Origin: a virus
Virus record (IMG/VR): IMGVR_UViG_3300021420_000014
Reading direction: 5' to 3' (one strand)
DNA: 64,000 nt
Shown: piece by piece, positions 27,906 through 34,922 of the stretch
How the letters are laid out: every line of letters begins with the position of its first letter
Position numbering within the stretch: the first letter of the stretch is position 1
The notes under the pieces: generated by a model
What the model saw: the letters and a program-made list of their open reading frames with translations, nothing else
What the model was told of the DNA's origin: nothing
Database searches by the model: none
Made by a program: the position numbers and the translations under genes

Positions 27906-28426
27906 TGTTGGATCACAGCAGCGAAGCGCAACGTAGGCGTGCAAGGAGTCGTTGGGGAAATCTCACGCCTGCCGAACGCTTTTGGGCTAAGGTTGATAAG
28001 AGTGGCGAGCATTGGATCTGGAAAGGCGCGACGGCGAGCGGTTACGGAACCTTTCGCTATAACGGCAGGATGGAGAACGCTCATCGGGTGGCTCTTTTGC
28101 TTTCCGGCGTTGAGATACCTGAAGGCATGGATGGACTACATAAATGTGATATCAAATTATGCGTTCGTCCATCGTGCCTGTTCGTCGGTACGCACATGGA
28201 TAATATGCAAGACATGATCTCTAAAGGTCGCCAAGCATTAGGCGCACGCTTGAACCATGGTCCACAAGACGGTGCCAATAATCATGCCGCCAAGTTGACG
28301 CCAGAGATTGTGGAGCAAGTCAGAAAATTGCACAGCGGTGGAATGTCTCAGCGTGGTATCGCTAGAGAATTGAATCTGCACTACGCCAATGTTTGGTGCA
28401 TTTTTCATCGAAAGTCTTGGAATTGA
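27905..28426 (+). CDS. HNH homing endonuclease with C-terminal HTH
   Basis: RFWAKVDK, AHRVA, HKCDIKLCVRPSCL..THMDNMQD. Confidence 0.85.
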   Translation: MLDHSSEAQRRRARSRWGNLTPAERFWAKVDKSGEHWIWKGATASGYGTFRYNGRMENAHRVALLLSGVEIPEGMDGLHKCDIKLCVRPSCLFVGTHMDNMQDMISKGRQALGARLNHGPQDGANNHAAKLTPEIVEQVRKLHSGGMSQRGIARELNLHYANVWCIFHRKSWN

Positions 28427-28432
28427 ATTTAT

Positions 28433-28514
28433 GGCAGGGGCCGAAGCTCTATCGGTTACCTCTCGAACAGGTGGGGCGAAAGCCTCATTCCGATGGGCAC
28501 ACCTTGTCTCTGCC
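28433..28514 (+). ncRNA. Y RNA 1 (short)
   Basis: terminal stem GGCAGGG/TCTCTGCC with Ro-binding GCCGAAG...CTTGTC. Confidence 0.8.
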
Positions 28515-28522
28515 AAAGTTTC

Positions 28523-28657
28523 GCACGGGCCGAAGCAACTCGGTTATCATGAAACCGCGGGTCGGGGGTTCGATTCCCTCCCGCCCAAACAGGGCGGTGG
28601 CTCAGTGGTAGAGCAGCGGTGCCGAAAGGCATATCCGATTGCAACCCTTGTCCGTGC
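28523..28657 (+). ncRNA. Y RNA 2 (YrlA-type, permuted tRNA-like domain)
   Basis: GGGCCGAAG...CTTGTCC; T-arm (GTTCGATTC) precedes D-arm (TGGCTCAGTGGTAGAGC). Confidence 0.88.
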
Positions 28658-28665
28658 TTAATTTC

Positions 28666-28730
28666 GCTGCGGGCCGAAGCATTGGGTTATCACCTCGAAC
28701 GACTGACCCAGTGCGCCACTTGTCTGCGGC
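28666..28730 (+). ncRNA. Y RNA 3 (minimal)
   Basis: GCTGCGGGCCGAAG...CTTGTCTGCGGC. Confidence 0.78.
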
Positions 28731-28740
28731 ACGATCTTTA

Positions 28741-28854
28741 GGTCGTGGGCCGAAGTCGATTCGTTACCGGTCAAAGCCAGCTTCGGCTGGCGAGTGGGCT
28801 CAATACCCACAACTCCGAAAGGAGTCTACGGATCGGCACAACTTGTCCACGGCT
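28741..28854 (+). ncRNA. Y RNA 4 (three-hairpin effector domain)
   Basis: GGTCGTGGGCCGAAG...CTTGTCCACGGCT; cUUCGg, CTCAATA and GAAA hairpins. Confidence 0.8.
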
Positions 28855-28862
28855 AAGTTTCA

Positions 28863-28989
28863 CCTGCGGGCCGATCGAAGTCGGTTACCACTGCTAATGG
28901 GGTGACGTGGGTTCGAATCCCACCTTGTCGAAAGACTTGTAGCTCAGCGGTAGAGCACCTAAACCCGATTTCACAAACTTGTCTGCGGG
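28863..28989 (+). ncRNA. Y RNA 5 (YrlA-type with anticodon-like hairpin)
   Basis: CCTGCGGGCCGA...CTTGTCTGCGGG; T-arm GTGGGTTCGAATCCCAC then D-arm TAGCTCAGCGGTAGAGC. Confidence 0.88.
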
Positions 28990-29044
28990 AACGTTTGAGG
29001 CTAGACACGAAGCGATTGAAACGCAGTAACCCTGTTCGTAAGGC

Positions 29045-29073
29045 TTGACAATTATAGGCTAAGCGTTTATTAA
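29045..29073 (+). promoter_or_regulatory. TTGACA promoter with operator TAAGCGTTTA
   Basis: motif at 29060-29069. Confidence 0.65.
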
Positions 29074-29080
29074 GGGCTGT

Positions 29081-29272
29081 ATGGAACGACCTAAACGCAA
29101 GTCGCAGCTAAAGCCTCGAATATGTGCATGCCCGTGCAAACGCAAATTTACACCCCAGGTTCGCACGCAAATTTATTTCAGCAAGAAGTGCAGAAACAAC
29201 CTGGCGCAGAAACGCTTTCGACAGGCGCACAAGGGCGACAAGCGGCAAGCGCAGAATTCAGTAGCGGCCTGA
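29081..29272 (+). CDS. small basic Zn-finger-like protein
   Basis: CACPCKRKF..YFSKKC. Confidence 0.55.
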   Translation: MERPKRKSQLKPRICACPCKRKFTPQVRTQIYFSKKCRNNLAQKRFRQAHKGDKRQAQNSVAA

Positions 29273-29316
29273 ACGAGATTGCTGATGACGCAAGTGGTCC
29301 TTTCGTTCGGACAGGT

Positions 29317-29922
29317 ATGCTTAATCTAGATATAGATCTGGCCTACATCGCAGGATTGATTGATGGAGAGGGCACTATCACGTTATGCAGAACGCAGCGT
29401 AACGGCTTTCGCTATCCCGTGCTAAGTGCCACCAACTGCAGCAGAACTTTATTGGAATTTCTCAAATCTAAGTGCGGAGGCCACATTTCACACGCACGAC
29501 TGAAGATTGCAAAAAAGCACAGTCCAGCATGGAAATGGGAACTGCGCAGTGATGGCGCACTCAAGATGATAGCAAGACTGCTTCCTTTTCTAAAAGAACC
29601 AGTCAAGATTAGGCGCGCTGAGTTCCTGCTATGCAAATATAAAGCCGTAACGGTTCGCAACGGTAGATACCGATTATCAGACAGAGCATTAAAAGTTAAG
29701 TTCGAAAAAGAATTTTTCCTGATCACTGCATCTGGAAAAGCGAATACGCGCGTCAACTCCACGCGTCTACCTAGACCGGACGGGGCTTCGATGCCCCCGG
29801 CTCCACCAAACTGCGGGGCCGACAGGAATCGACGGATAGGAAAGCACGTGGCCTCGCGCCGGCTTGGGATGCCGTTAAACTCACCAAAACCAAAAATGCT
29901 GCTCAAAAGAGCGCAAAGGTGA
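29317..29922 (+). CDS. single-motif LAGLIDADG endonuclease; 3' end overlaps tmRNA
   Basis: LAYIAGLIDGEG; LLPFLK..K. Confidence 0.85.
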   Translation: MLNLDIDLAYIAGLIDGEGTITLCRTQRNGFRYPVLSATNCSRTLLEFLKSKCGGHISHARLKIAKKHSPAWKWELRSDGALKMIARLLPFLKEPVKIRRAEFLLCKYKAVTVRNGRYRLSDRALKVKFEKEFFLITASGKANTRVNSTRLPRPDGASMPPAPPNCGADRNRRIGKHVASRRLGMPLNSPKPKMLLKRAQR

Positions 29923-29980
29923 TTCCATTCCGCGTCAAGGCTGCGCCACAAGCGTTGCCTCTCGCGGCCTAGAGTTACCG
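29759..29980 (+). ncRNA. ssrA: circularly permuted (two-piece) tmRNA; tag AAQKSAKVIPFRVKAAPQALPLAA
   Basis: T-arm + CGGCTCCACCA ends 29808; GGGGCCG..ATCGAC starts 29815; G3-U70; P2 pairing; tag ORF 29898-29972 ending LAA*; outer ends approximate. Confidence 0.9.
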
Positions 29981-29981
29981 G

Positions 29982-30010
29982 GTGGGGCTGGGCAACTGGC
30001 CCCACTTATT
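29982..30010 (+). terminator. hairpin after tmRNA
   Basis: GTGGGGCTGG-GCAA-CTGGCCCCAC then TTATT. Confidence 0.6.
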
Positions 30011-30051
30011 AAAATCTTTTCGTGCTATAGTGCAGCACGAGGAGAATTCAA

Positions 30052-30294
30052 ATGAAAAAGAAAAAAGCCGAGGCGACGGCATCTAAGAAACCGGTGAAAG
30101 TGGCGCTGCACAAGATTCTTCCTAAGCTTCACAAGCCCATTACGGAAGTAGTGGTCGCTATTCTCGCGCCAGTATTACCGCGCTTGCTATGTCCAAAATG
30201 CCGGAGTGCATCTCTCTCAATGAGCGATGCTGGTTCGCGTTCAATTGTGATTCGTTGCAATCAATGCGGCCATACACCGGCGCATATGGCGTAA
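30052..30294 (+). CDS. Zn-ribbon hypothetical protein
   Basis: GAGGAG RBS; CPKC..CNQC. Confidence 0.55.
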   Translation: MKKKKAEATASKKPVKVALHKILPKLHKPITEVVVAILAPVLPRLLCPKCRSASLSMSDAGSRSIVIRCNQCGHTPAHMA

Positions 30295-30300
30295 AGGTAG

Positions 30301-30375
30301 GGACCCGTCGTTCAACGGAAAGGATGTCGCGGTCCTAACGCGAAGATCGGAGTTCAATTCTCCGCGGGTCTGCCA
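30301..30375 (+). tRNA. tRNA-Arg(CCT)
   Basis: cloverleaf, CCA. Confidence 0.88.
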
Positions 30376-30434
30376 TAATTCATGGTACGATGTGAGGAAT
30401 GACTTTAATGTTCAATTCGTGCCAATCAAGCTTT

Positions 30435-30509
30435 GCCGTCATAATGCAGCGGCCAGCATGCGGCCCTTTCAAGGCTGAAACGCCGGTTCGAGTCCGGTTG
30501 ACGGCACCA
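30435..30509 (+). tRNA. tRNA-Glu(TTC)
   Basis: cloverleaf, CCA. Confidence 0.9.
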
Positions 30510-30543
30510 TTTCGAATAAATAAACGAAGACCAAATTAAGTTC

Positions 30544-30619
30544 GCCCGATTCGCCAAGTGGCAAAGGCATCGCTCCTACAAAGCGACAATCGGTGGTTCA
30601 AATCCATCATCGGGCACCA
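30544..30619 (+). tRNA. tRNA-Val(TAC), C33
   Basis: cloverleaf, loop CCTACAA. Confidence 0.78.
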
Positions 30620-30625
30620 ACTTCG

Positions 30626-30702
30626 GGCCCTATCGTCCAAACGGATCAGGGCGCAGGTCTACGAAACCTGAAATCACGGTTCAAGTCCGTGTGGGGCCAC
30701 CA
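30626..30702 (+). tRNA. tRNA-Arg(ACG)
   Basis: cloverleaf, CCA. Confidence 0.9.
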
Positions 30703-30742
30703 GATTGTTATTGTGTTACCGTTGCGGCAGGAGGAAACAACT

Positions 30743-30991
30743 ATGGCGGTAGCAGCTCAAATAGTAACTCCAACTGCTGTGCAGCTAGATTCTGGGCGTA
30801 TCGGCATTTGCATCTACGATAATCCGAACGTGACCGACGTGACACACCGGTCTGCATACGTGATCTACGCTGACGGTTCGTATACACAAGAGAGGCGCAG
30901 CCAGTTAACGCCACTCTCAGGAGTTCCGACTGGAGTGCCTGGTGCATGGTCATCAGCGATCCTTCCGGATGGATCCGGCCCAGGCGCATAA
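30743..30991 (+). CDS. small hypothetical protein within tRNA array
   Basis: AGGAGG RBS, ATG. Confidence 0.6.
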   Translation: MAVAAQIVTPTAVQLDSGRIGICIYDNPNVTDVTHRSAYVIYADGSYTQERRSQLTPLSGVPTGVPGAWSSAILPDGSGPGA

Positions 30992-31000
30992 CGATTCGAA

Positions 31001-31091
31001 ACTGGACAGCACCGGCCGTGCGGCGGAGCCTTATAAGCTCTGGAGAATCCCAGATTGGGGTAACGGGCCAGATCGACACTGGCGTCCAGTA
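31001..31091 (+). tRNA. atypical tRNA-like RNA, anticodon TAT, long variable arm
   Basis: ACTGGAC/GTCCAGT acceptor, loop CTTATAA, T-loop ATCGACA. Confidence 0.65.
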
Positions 31092-31100
31092 CTAAGTTTA

Positions 31101-31176
31101 GGTCCCGTCGTTCAGCAGGAAAGGACTCAGGTCTCCGAAACCTGGAACGCGCGTTCGAATCGCGCCGGGACCGCCA
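31101..31176 (+). tRNA. tRNA-Arg(CCG)
   Basis: cloverleaf, CCA. Confidence 0.9.
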
Positions 31177-31179
31177 GTT

Positions 31180-31263
31180 CGTGGTGGCTGGCTTGCGAAA
31201 GCGAGCACAGGGGCAACGCCTCACAGCCGGCGAGAGTAATGGCGGGAAAACCAAGTCACCACG
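31180..31263 (+). ncRNA. unknown structured RNA
   Basis: 10-bp closing stem, GAAA tetraloop hairpin. Confidence 0.45.
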
Positions 31264-31267
31264 ATTC

Positions 31268-31342
31268 GGGAGGCTAATTCAATGGCAGAAGCGCTGACTT
31301 TTAATCAGCTCACGGTGGGTTCGATTCCCCCGCCTCCCACCA
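31268..31342 (+). tRNA. tRNA-Lys(TTT)
   Basis: cloverleaf, CCA. Confidence 0.88.
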
Positions 31343-31347
31343 CTATT

Positions 31348-31422
31348 GCACCCTTAGCTCAACAGGTGGAGCAGCTCACTCGTAATGAGCAGGCGGGTGT
31401 TCGAGTCACCCAGGGTGCTCCA
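31348..31422 (+). tRNA. tRNA-Thr(CGT)
   Basis: cloverleaf, CCA. Confidence 0.9.
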
Positions 31423-31426
31423 AGAT

Positions 31427-32056
31427 TCAAATGTGCAAAATACCTCGATCAAATTCCCAATGATGATTGCGGCAAAGTTGCACGACATTATTGTGATGAT
31501 TAACTTCGCCTACGAGTGCCGTTTTAGGAAATGATTGGATGGACTTACGATGGCAAAGCTCGACATGCAAGGAATACTCACAGCCAGGTACGGCACACGG
31601 TTTTGTTGTGAGATGACTATTCCAGATGCGATTTAGTGAGCGGATGTGAGCGTTTATCCAGCTTGGATGCTTACCTTTGACGGAAGGCAATTCGTGAAAT
31701 TGTGCAAGGGTCATCATTTTTAGATTAGGTGCCGTATAGCAGTTTGCACAGAATAGTTTGGAATGGTGCGATTTATTGCGAGTGAATATTGTTCGGCATT
31801 TCATGCACGTTAATTCTTTAGGCCTGTTATGTGACCGGCGGCCAGTCTGATTAAATGCCACGAAGCAGGACCGTGAACAAAAATTATGCTTGGTTCTAGC
31901 AATCTGATTAGGTAGTTTATGAAAGGACTTTCCGCATTTGTCGCATGATACTAGTTTTGCCGCTGTATCGGGCCTGCCTTCTAAGCAGGTTAACCGTAAC
32001 TGGATTGATGCGGGTTCGACTCCCGCCAGCGGCATCAGATTTGTGTTGGTAGACAT
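31427..32056 (-). CDS. HNH endonuclease with Zn fingers, antisense to tRNA array
   Basis: CDKC..FCSRSC; ELCHRK..NVVQLCRNHHWEFD; start uncertain. Confidence 0.8.
   Translation of the reverse strand: MSTNTNLMPLAGVEPASIQLRLTCLEGRPDTAAKLVSCDKCGKSFHKLPNQIARTKHNFCSRSCFVAFNQTGRRSHNRPKELTCMKCRTIFTRNKSHHSKLFCANCYTAPNLKMMTLAQFHELPSVKGKHPSWINAHIRSLNRIWNSHLTTKPCAVPGCEYSLHVELCHRKSIQSFPKTALVGEVNHHNNVVQLCRNHHWEFDRGILHI
31959..32034 (+). tRNA. D-armless tRNA-like RNA, anticodon TCT
   Basis: GCCGCTG/CAGCGGC acceptor, 7-bp anticodon stem, normal T-arm, no D-arm. Confidence 0.65.
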
Positions 32057-32111
32057 CTGTATATTTTAGCGTAGAAACTAGTTCAAGTGTCGCAGGGATT
32101 ACCAGTTTGGA

Positions 32112-32294
32112 GTGGCCATGCCAGACAAGAAAGTCGTTCGCATCGAGATTGAATACGAAGATGGATCCGGCGAACGCGCCATCGGCGACGATGCCGAGAA
32201 AATCTGGCAGGCGATCAACGGCGGATTTGTGATGAATCACATCCACGGCATCAACTATGATGGTCCGCAGATGAAGCCGGTGGAAAAGTTTTGA
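32112..32294 (+). CDS. small hypothetical protein
   Basis: GGAG RBS, fills inter-tRNA gap. Confidence 0.55.
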   Translation: MAMPDKKVVRIEIEYEDGSGERAIGDDAEKIWQAINGGFVMNHIHGINYDGPQMKPVEKF

Positions 32295-32369
32295 GCTGGC
32301 GTAGTTCAACGGTAGAACGCCTCTTTTGTAAAGAGGATGTCGCGGGTTCAACACCTGCCGCCAGCCCCA
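32295..32369 (+). tRNA. tRNA-Thr(TGT)
   Basis: cloverleaf, CCA. Confidence 0.9.
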
Positions 32370-32375
32370 GTTTGA

Positions 32376-32448
32376 TGTGGCGCAGCACGATTGGTCGTGC
32401 GACCGGCTGTTAACCGGAGGGTTATAGGTTCGAATCCTATCGCCACAG
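32376..32448 (+). tRNA. tRNA-Asn(GTT)
   Basis: cloverleaf; 3' CCT. Confidence 0.88.
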
Positions 32449-32513
32449 CCTTTGAAGGCGCGAGCCATGGAGGGGTTGTAATCCACGAATCGCGTGCTCG
32501 CGCCGCAAGTTTA

Positions 32514-32590
32514 GGCTCGATGGTGAAAATGGCTAATCACATGGCCCTCATAAAGCCAAAGTCCTGGTTCAATCCCAGGTCGAGCCACCA
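32514..32590 (+). tRNA. tRNA-Met or Ile2 (CAT)
   Basis: cloverleaf, CCA. Confidence 0.85.
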
Positions 32591-32599
32591 AATTTATGA

Positions 32600-32677
32600 C
32601 GCGCGGATTGAGCTACGGTGCGCTCGCCTGTCTCATAAGCAGGCACTTACTCAGTTCAACTCTGAGCCGCGCAACCA
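32600..32677 (+). tRNA. tRNA-fMet-like (CAT)
   Basis: C1-A72 mismatch, CCA. Confidence 0.82.
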
Positions 32678-32683
32678 GTTTAG

Positions 32684-32758
32684 TGCGGCATAGTTCAGGT
32701 GGCAGAACGCAGCCCTGATAAGGCTGAAATGAAAGTTCAAGTCTTTCTGCCGCAACCA
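32684..32758 (+). tRNA. tRNA-Ile(GAT)
   Basis: cloverleaf, CCA. Confidence 0.9.
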
Positions 32759-32762
32759 GATT

Positions 32763-32833
32763 GCAGGAGTAGCTCAATGGCAGAGCATCGGTTTGGTAAA
32801 TCGACGACCGGCGTTCGATTCGCCGCTCTTGCT
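32763..32833 (+). tRNA. tRNA-Thr(GGT)
   Basis: cloverleaf; 3' CCG. Confidence 0.88.
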
Positions 32834-32987
32834 CCGAGACGACCAATGAAACGGTCAATATAGGGCCCAAACGGAAGGGGCCGCATTCGACTGTCAGCCG
32901 CGGCCTCAAACTTCCCAAAAGGAGAAAACCATGGAATGCATTACAGGCCCTCTCTAGGTAAGCCAATAGAGAGGGAGAAGAGGAATA

Positions 32988-33686
32988 ATGCGTCGCGACA
33001 TGAACGAAGTAATTATTGAGACTGGCCGATCCGGTGGCATTAACAAAGGCAGAAACAAAAACTGGAAGCGTGGATTCACAGCCGATGATCCATACTTTGA
33101 CGGAGGACCGAATCGCATATTCAGTACAAAAGCGTCATACAACAGAAAGTCGCAGGGCGACAAGCTCAATCCGTTGCGTCGATTTCTCCGCAGCAGAGTC
33201 GGACACAAATGGGATGGCGTCTTTTCTGAGATTTGCGCCGTCAACGATGTGCGATCGATGGTCGGCTTCCATCTGCTCACGCATCTCAAGGGTTATGTCA
33301 AAGCTACCGGCCTAGACGAGGATCGATTCTATGGTGATTTTTTTGTTGATTCTCAAGGTGTTCTTAGACAGGTCTCGCGCAAAAGCTATCGAGCACGCTG
33401 GCGCGAAGAAGCCCGAAGAGCACCAATCGAACAGCTGCCCGGAGATGACGGATGGATTTACAAACTGATCGATGGCTTCTGGTATCGAACCAAGACCGAG
33501 ACGTACCAGGTGCCGACTTCTTATGAGTATCTCGATGAAGCGAATGGCGATGTCGTCATCAAACGGTCGCCGACAAAAATGGTGACGGAGACCAGAGACT
33601 TCAAGTTTCAGTGCGGCCGCAAGGAATTGAAGAAGATTCGCGAAAGGTTGAACGCAAGATATGCAGAAATGCGGACACAGCGATGA
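32988..33686 (+). CDS. conserved basic hypothetical protein
   Basis: MRRDMNEVIIE..DKLNPLRRFLRSRVGHKWDGVFSEI motif. Confidence 0.7.
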   Translation: MRRDMNEVIIETGRSGGINKGRNKNWKRGFTADDPYFDGGPNRIFSTKASYNRKSQGDKLNPLRRFLRSRVGHKWDGVFSEICAVNDVRSMVGFHLLTHLKGYVKATGLDEDRFYGDFFVDSQGVLRQVSRKSYRARWREEARRAPIEQLPGDDGWIYKLIDGFWYRTKTETYQVPTSYEYLDEANGDVVIKRSPTKMVTETRDFKFQCGRKELKKIRERLNARYAEMRTQR

Positions 33687-33867
33687 ATCGTGGTACTCGA
33701 TATGTTCTGCCCACAGCCGGTACAACTCCGAGTGCCGCAACTGTCAGATCGGGCGGTGCATCGAGTGTCATCCTGAAGAGACGCCAATAGGAGAACGTAT
33801 GAGGCTGTGGGATCGCGATGGCAATGTGGCGAACCCATTTCCGAATCTGGGCGTCAGAGTCAAGTAA
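33661..33867 (+). CDS. small Cys-rich protein
   Basis: CSAH..CRNC..CIEC. Confidence 0.45.
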   Translation: MQKCGHSDESWYSICSAHSRYNSECRNCQIGRCIECHPEETPIGERMRLWDRDGNVANPFPNLGVRVK

Positions 33868-33941
33868 CCCGGTTTAGCACAGTGGCAGTGCCCTGGTTTG
33901 AAGCACCAGTTATCGGAGTTCGATTCTCCGGGCCGGGACCA
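33868..33941 (+). tRNA. tRNA-Phe(GAA)
   Basis: cloverleaf, CCA. Confidence 0.88.
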
Positions 33942-33942
33942 T

Positions 33943-34020
33943 GGGACCGTAGCAAAGCTGGCTAATGCCCTCGCCTCTTAAGCGAGAAATGCGTGAGTTC
34001 AAATCTCACCGGTCCCACCA
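33943..34020 (+). tRNA. tRNA-Lys(CTT)
   Basis: cloverleaf, CCA. Confidence 0.9.
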
Positions 34021-34087
34021 ATTCTGTTAGAATGCGAGAAGGAGAAAGCGAATGTCATCGGACGGCTCATCTAGTAGCAACAAACCC

Positions 34088-34175
34088 GGAGATGTGGCCG
34101 AGTGGTTTAAGGCACCGCACTGCTAACGCGGCGTCCCGAAAGGGGCCGTCGGTTCGAATCCGACCATCTCCGCCA
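34088..34175 (+). tRNA. tRNA-Ser(GCT)
   Basis: long variable arm, CCA. Confidence 0.92.
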
Positions 34176-34177
34176 GA

Positions 34178-34265
34178 GGAAGAGTGGCCGAGGTGGTCAA
34201 GGCGTCAGTCTCGAAAACTGATTCACCGAAAGGTGTTGTGGGTTCAAACCCCACCTCTTCCTCCA
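34178..34265 (+). tRNA. tRNA-Ser(CGA)
   Basis: long variable arm, CCA. Confidence 0.92.
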
Positions 34266-34273
34266 AAAGTTTC

Positions 34274-34349
34274 TGGGAAGTCGACCAACTGGTAGGTCCT
34301 CTGACTTTGACTCAGAGAATGCACGGTTCGAATCCGGCCTTCCCATCCA
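34274..34349 (+). tRNA. tRNA-Gln(TTG)
   Basis: cloverleaf, CCA. Confidence 0.88.
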
Positions 34350-34354
34350 GATTT

Positions 34355-34504
34355 ATGAGAAAGCCGCGCTGGACGATTAGAAGCAAAACGCGTGATGGCA
34401 GGATCGTAGAAGCTACGTTTCATTTGCGAACGCATGCGGCGGCAGCAATTAAAGCATTGAACATTTTTGGAATTAAGGCACGGCTGGTGCCTAAGAAATA
34501 TTAA
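34355..34504 (+). CDS. small hypothetical protein
   Basis: exactly fills inter-tRNA gap. Confidence 0.4.
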   Translation: MRKPRWTIRSKTRDGRIVEATFHLRTHAAAAIKALNIFGIKARLVPKKY

Positions 34505-34578
34505 GCGGGCGTGGCTCATTGGCTGAGCATCGGGTTTCCACCCCGAACAAGCGAGTTCAATTCTCGCCGCTCGCTCCA
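34505..34578 (+). tRNA. tRNA-Gly(TCC)
   Basis: cloverleaf, CCA. Confidence 0.9.
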
Positions 34579-34585
34579 AAAGTTT

Positions 34586-34660
34586 TGGCGAGTCGTCTAA
34601 TCGGTAGGACGCTGCGCTCTGGACGCAGTAACAAAGGTTCGAGGCCTTTCTCGCCAGCCA
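34586..34660 (+). tRNA. tRNA-Gln(CTG)
   Basis: cloverleaf, CCA. Confidence 0.9.
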
Positions 34661-34664
34661 TTTT

Positions 34665-34739
34665 GCGGGCGTCGTACAGCGGCCAGTATATTGCCTTGCC
34701 AAGGCAAGGACGTGGGTTCGACTCCCATCGCCCGCTCCA
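34665..34739 (+). tRNA. tRNA-Gly(GCC)
   Basis: cloverleaf, CCA. Confidence 0.92.
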
Positions 34740-34741
34740 AT

Positions 34742-34806
34742 GCCTCTGCGTCAGCGTACGGGACGCGTGTTCTAGGCACGGTCAGAATTAACTGACAAGG
34801 GCTCCA
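34742..34806 (+). ncRNA. degenerate tRNA-like RNA with CTA in an anticodon-like loop
   Basis: CGTG-TTCTAGG-CACG, GTCAG-AATTAA-CTGAC, ends TCCA. Confidence 0.5.
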
Positions 34807-34821
34807 AATTTATGAGTGAAC

Positions 34822-34896
34822 AGGGGAGTAAGATAGCGGCCAGTCTGAACGCCTCCAAAGCGTTTCACGGGGGTTCGAGTCCCTCCTCCCCTGCCA
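34822..34896 (+). tRNA. tRNA-Trp(CCA)
   Basis: cloverleaf, CCA. Confidence 0.9.
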
Positions 34897-34922
34897 AACT
34901 TTCTGATTTGAGTTGGGCGTTC

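Noticed and set aside
28389-28905. ORFs over the Y RNA region and standalone tRNA calls there
   Set aside because: Shadow ORFs; the tRNA arms are in permuted order with no CCA end
28433-28989. CRISPR array
   Set aside because: Conserved blocks are short, pair 5'-to-3' within each unit, have irregular spacing and no cas genes; Y RNA architecture explains them
29268-29315. Hammerhead ribozyme (CTGATGA at 29282) or group I intron 5' part upstream of the LAGLIDADG ORF
   Set aside because: No GAAA core partner and no recognisable P7; only a simple hairpin
32841-32975. Cluster of short hairpins before the 32988 gene as a riboswitch
   Set aside because: Alternative hairpins are visible but no recognisable aptamer; evidence too weak
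34742-34806. Pyrrolysine tRNA or genome-wide TAG recoding
   Set aside because: No pyl genes; fold does not clearly match tRNA-Pyl; long genes are not interrupted by TAG
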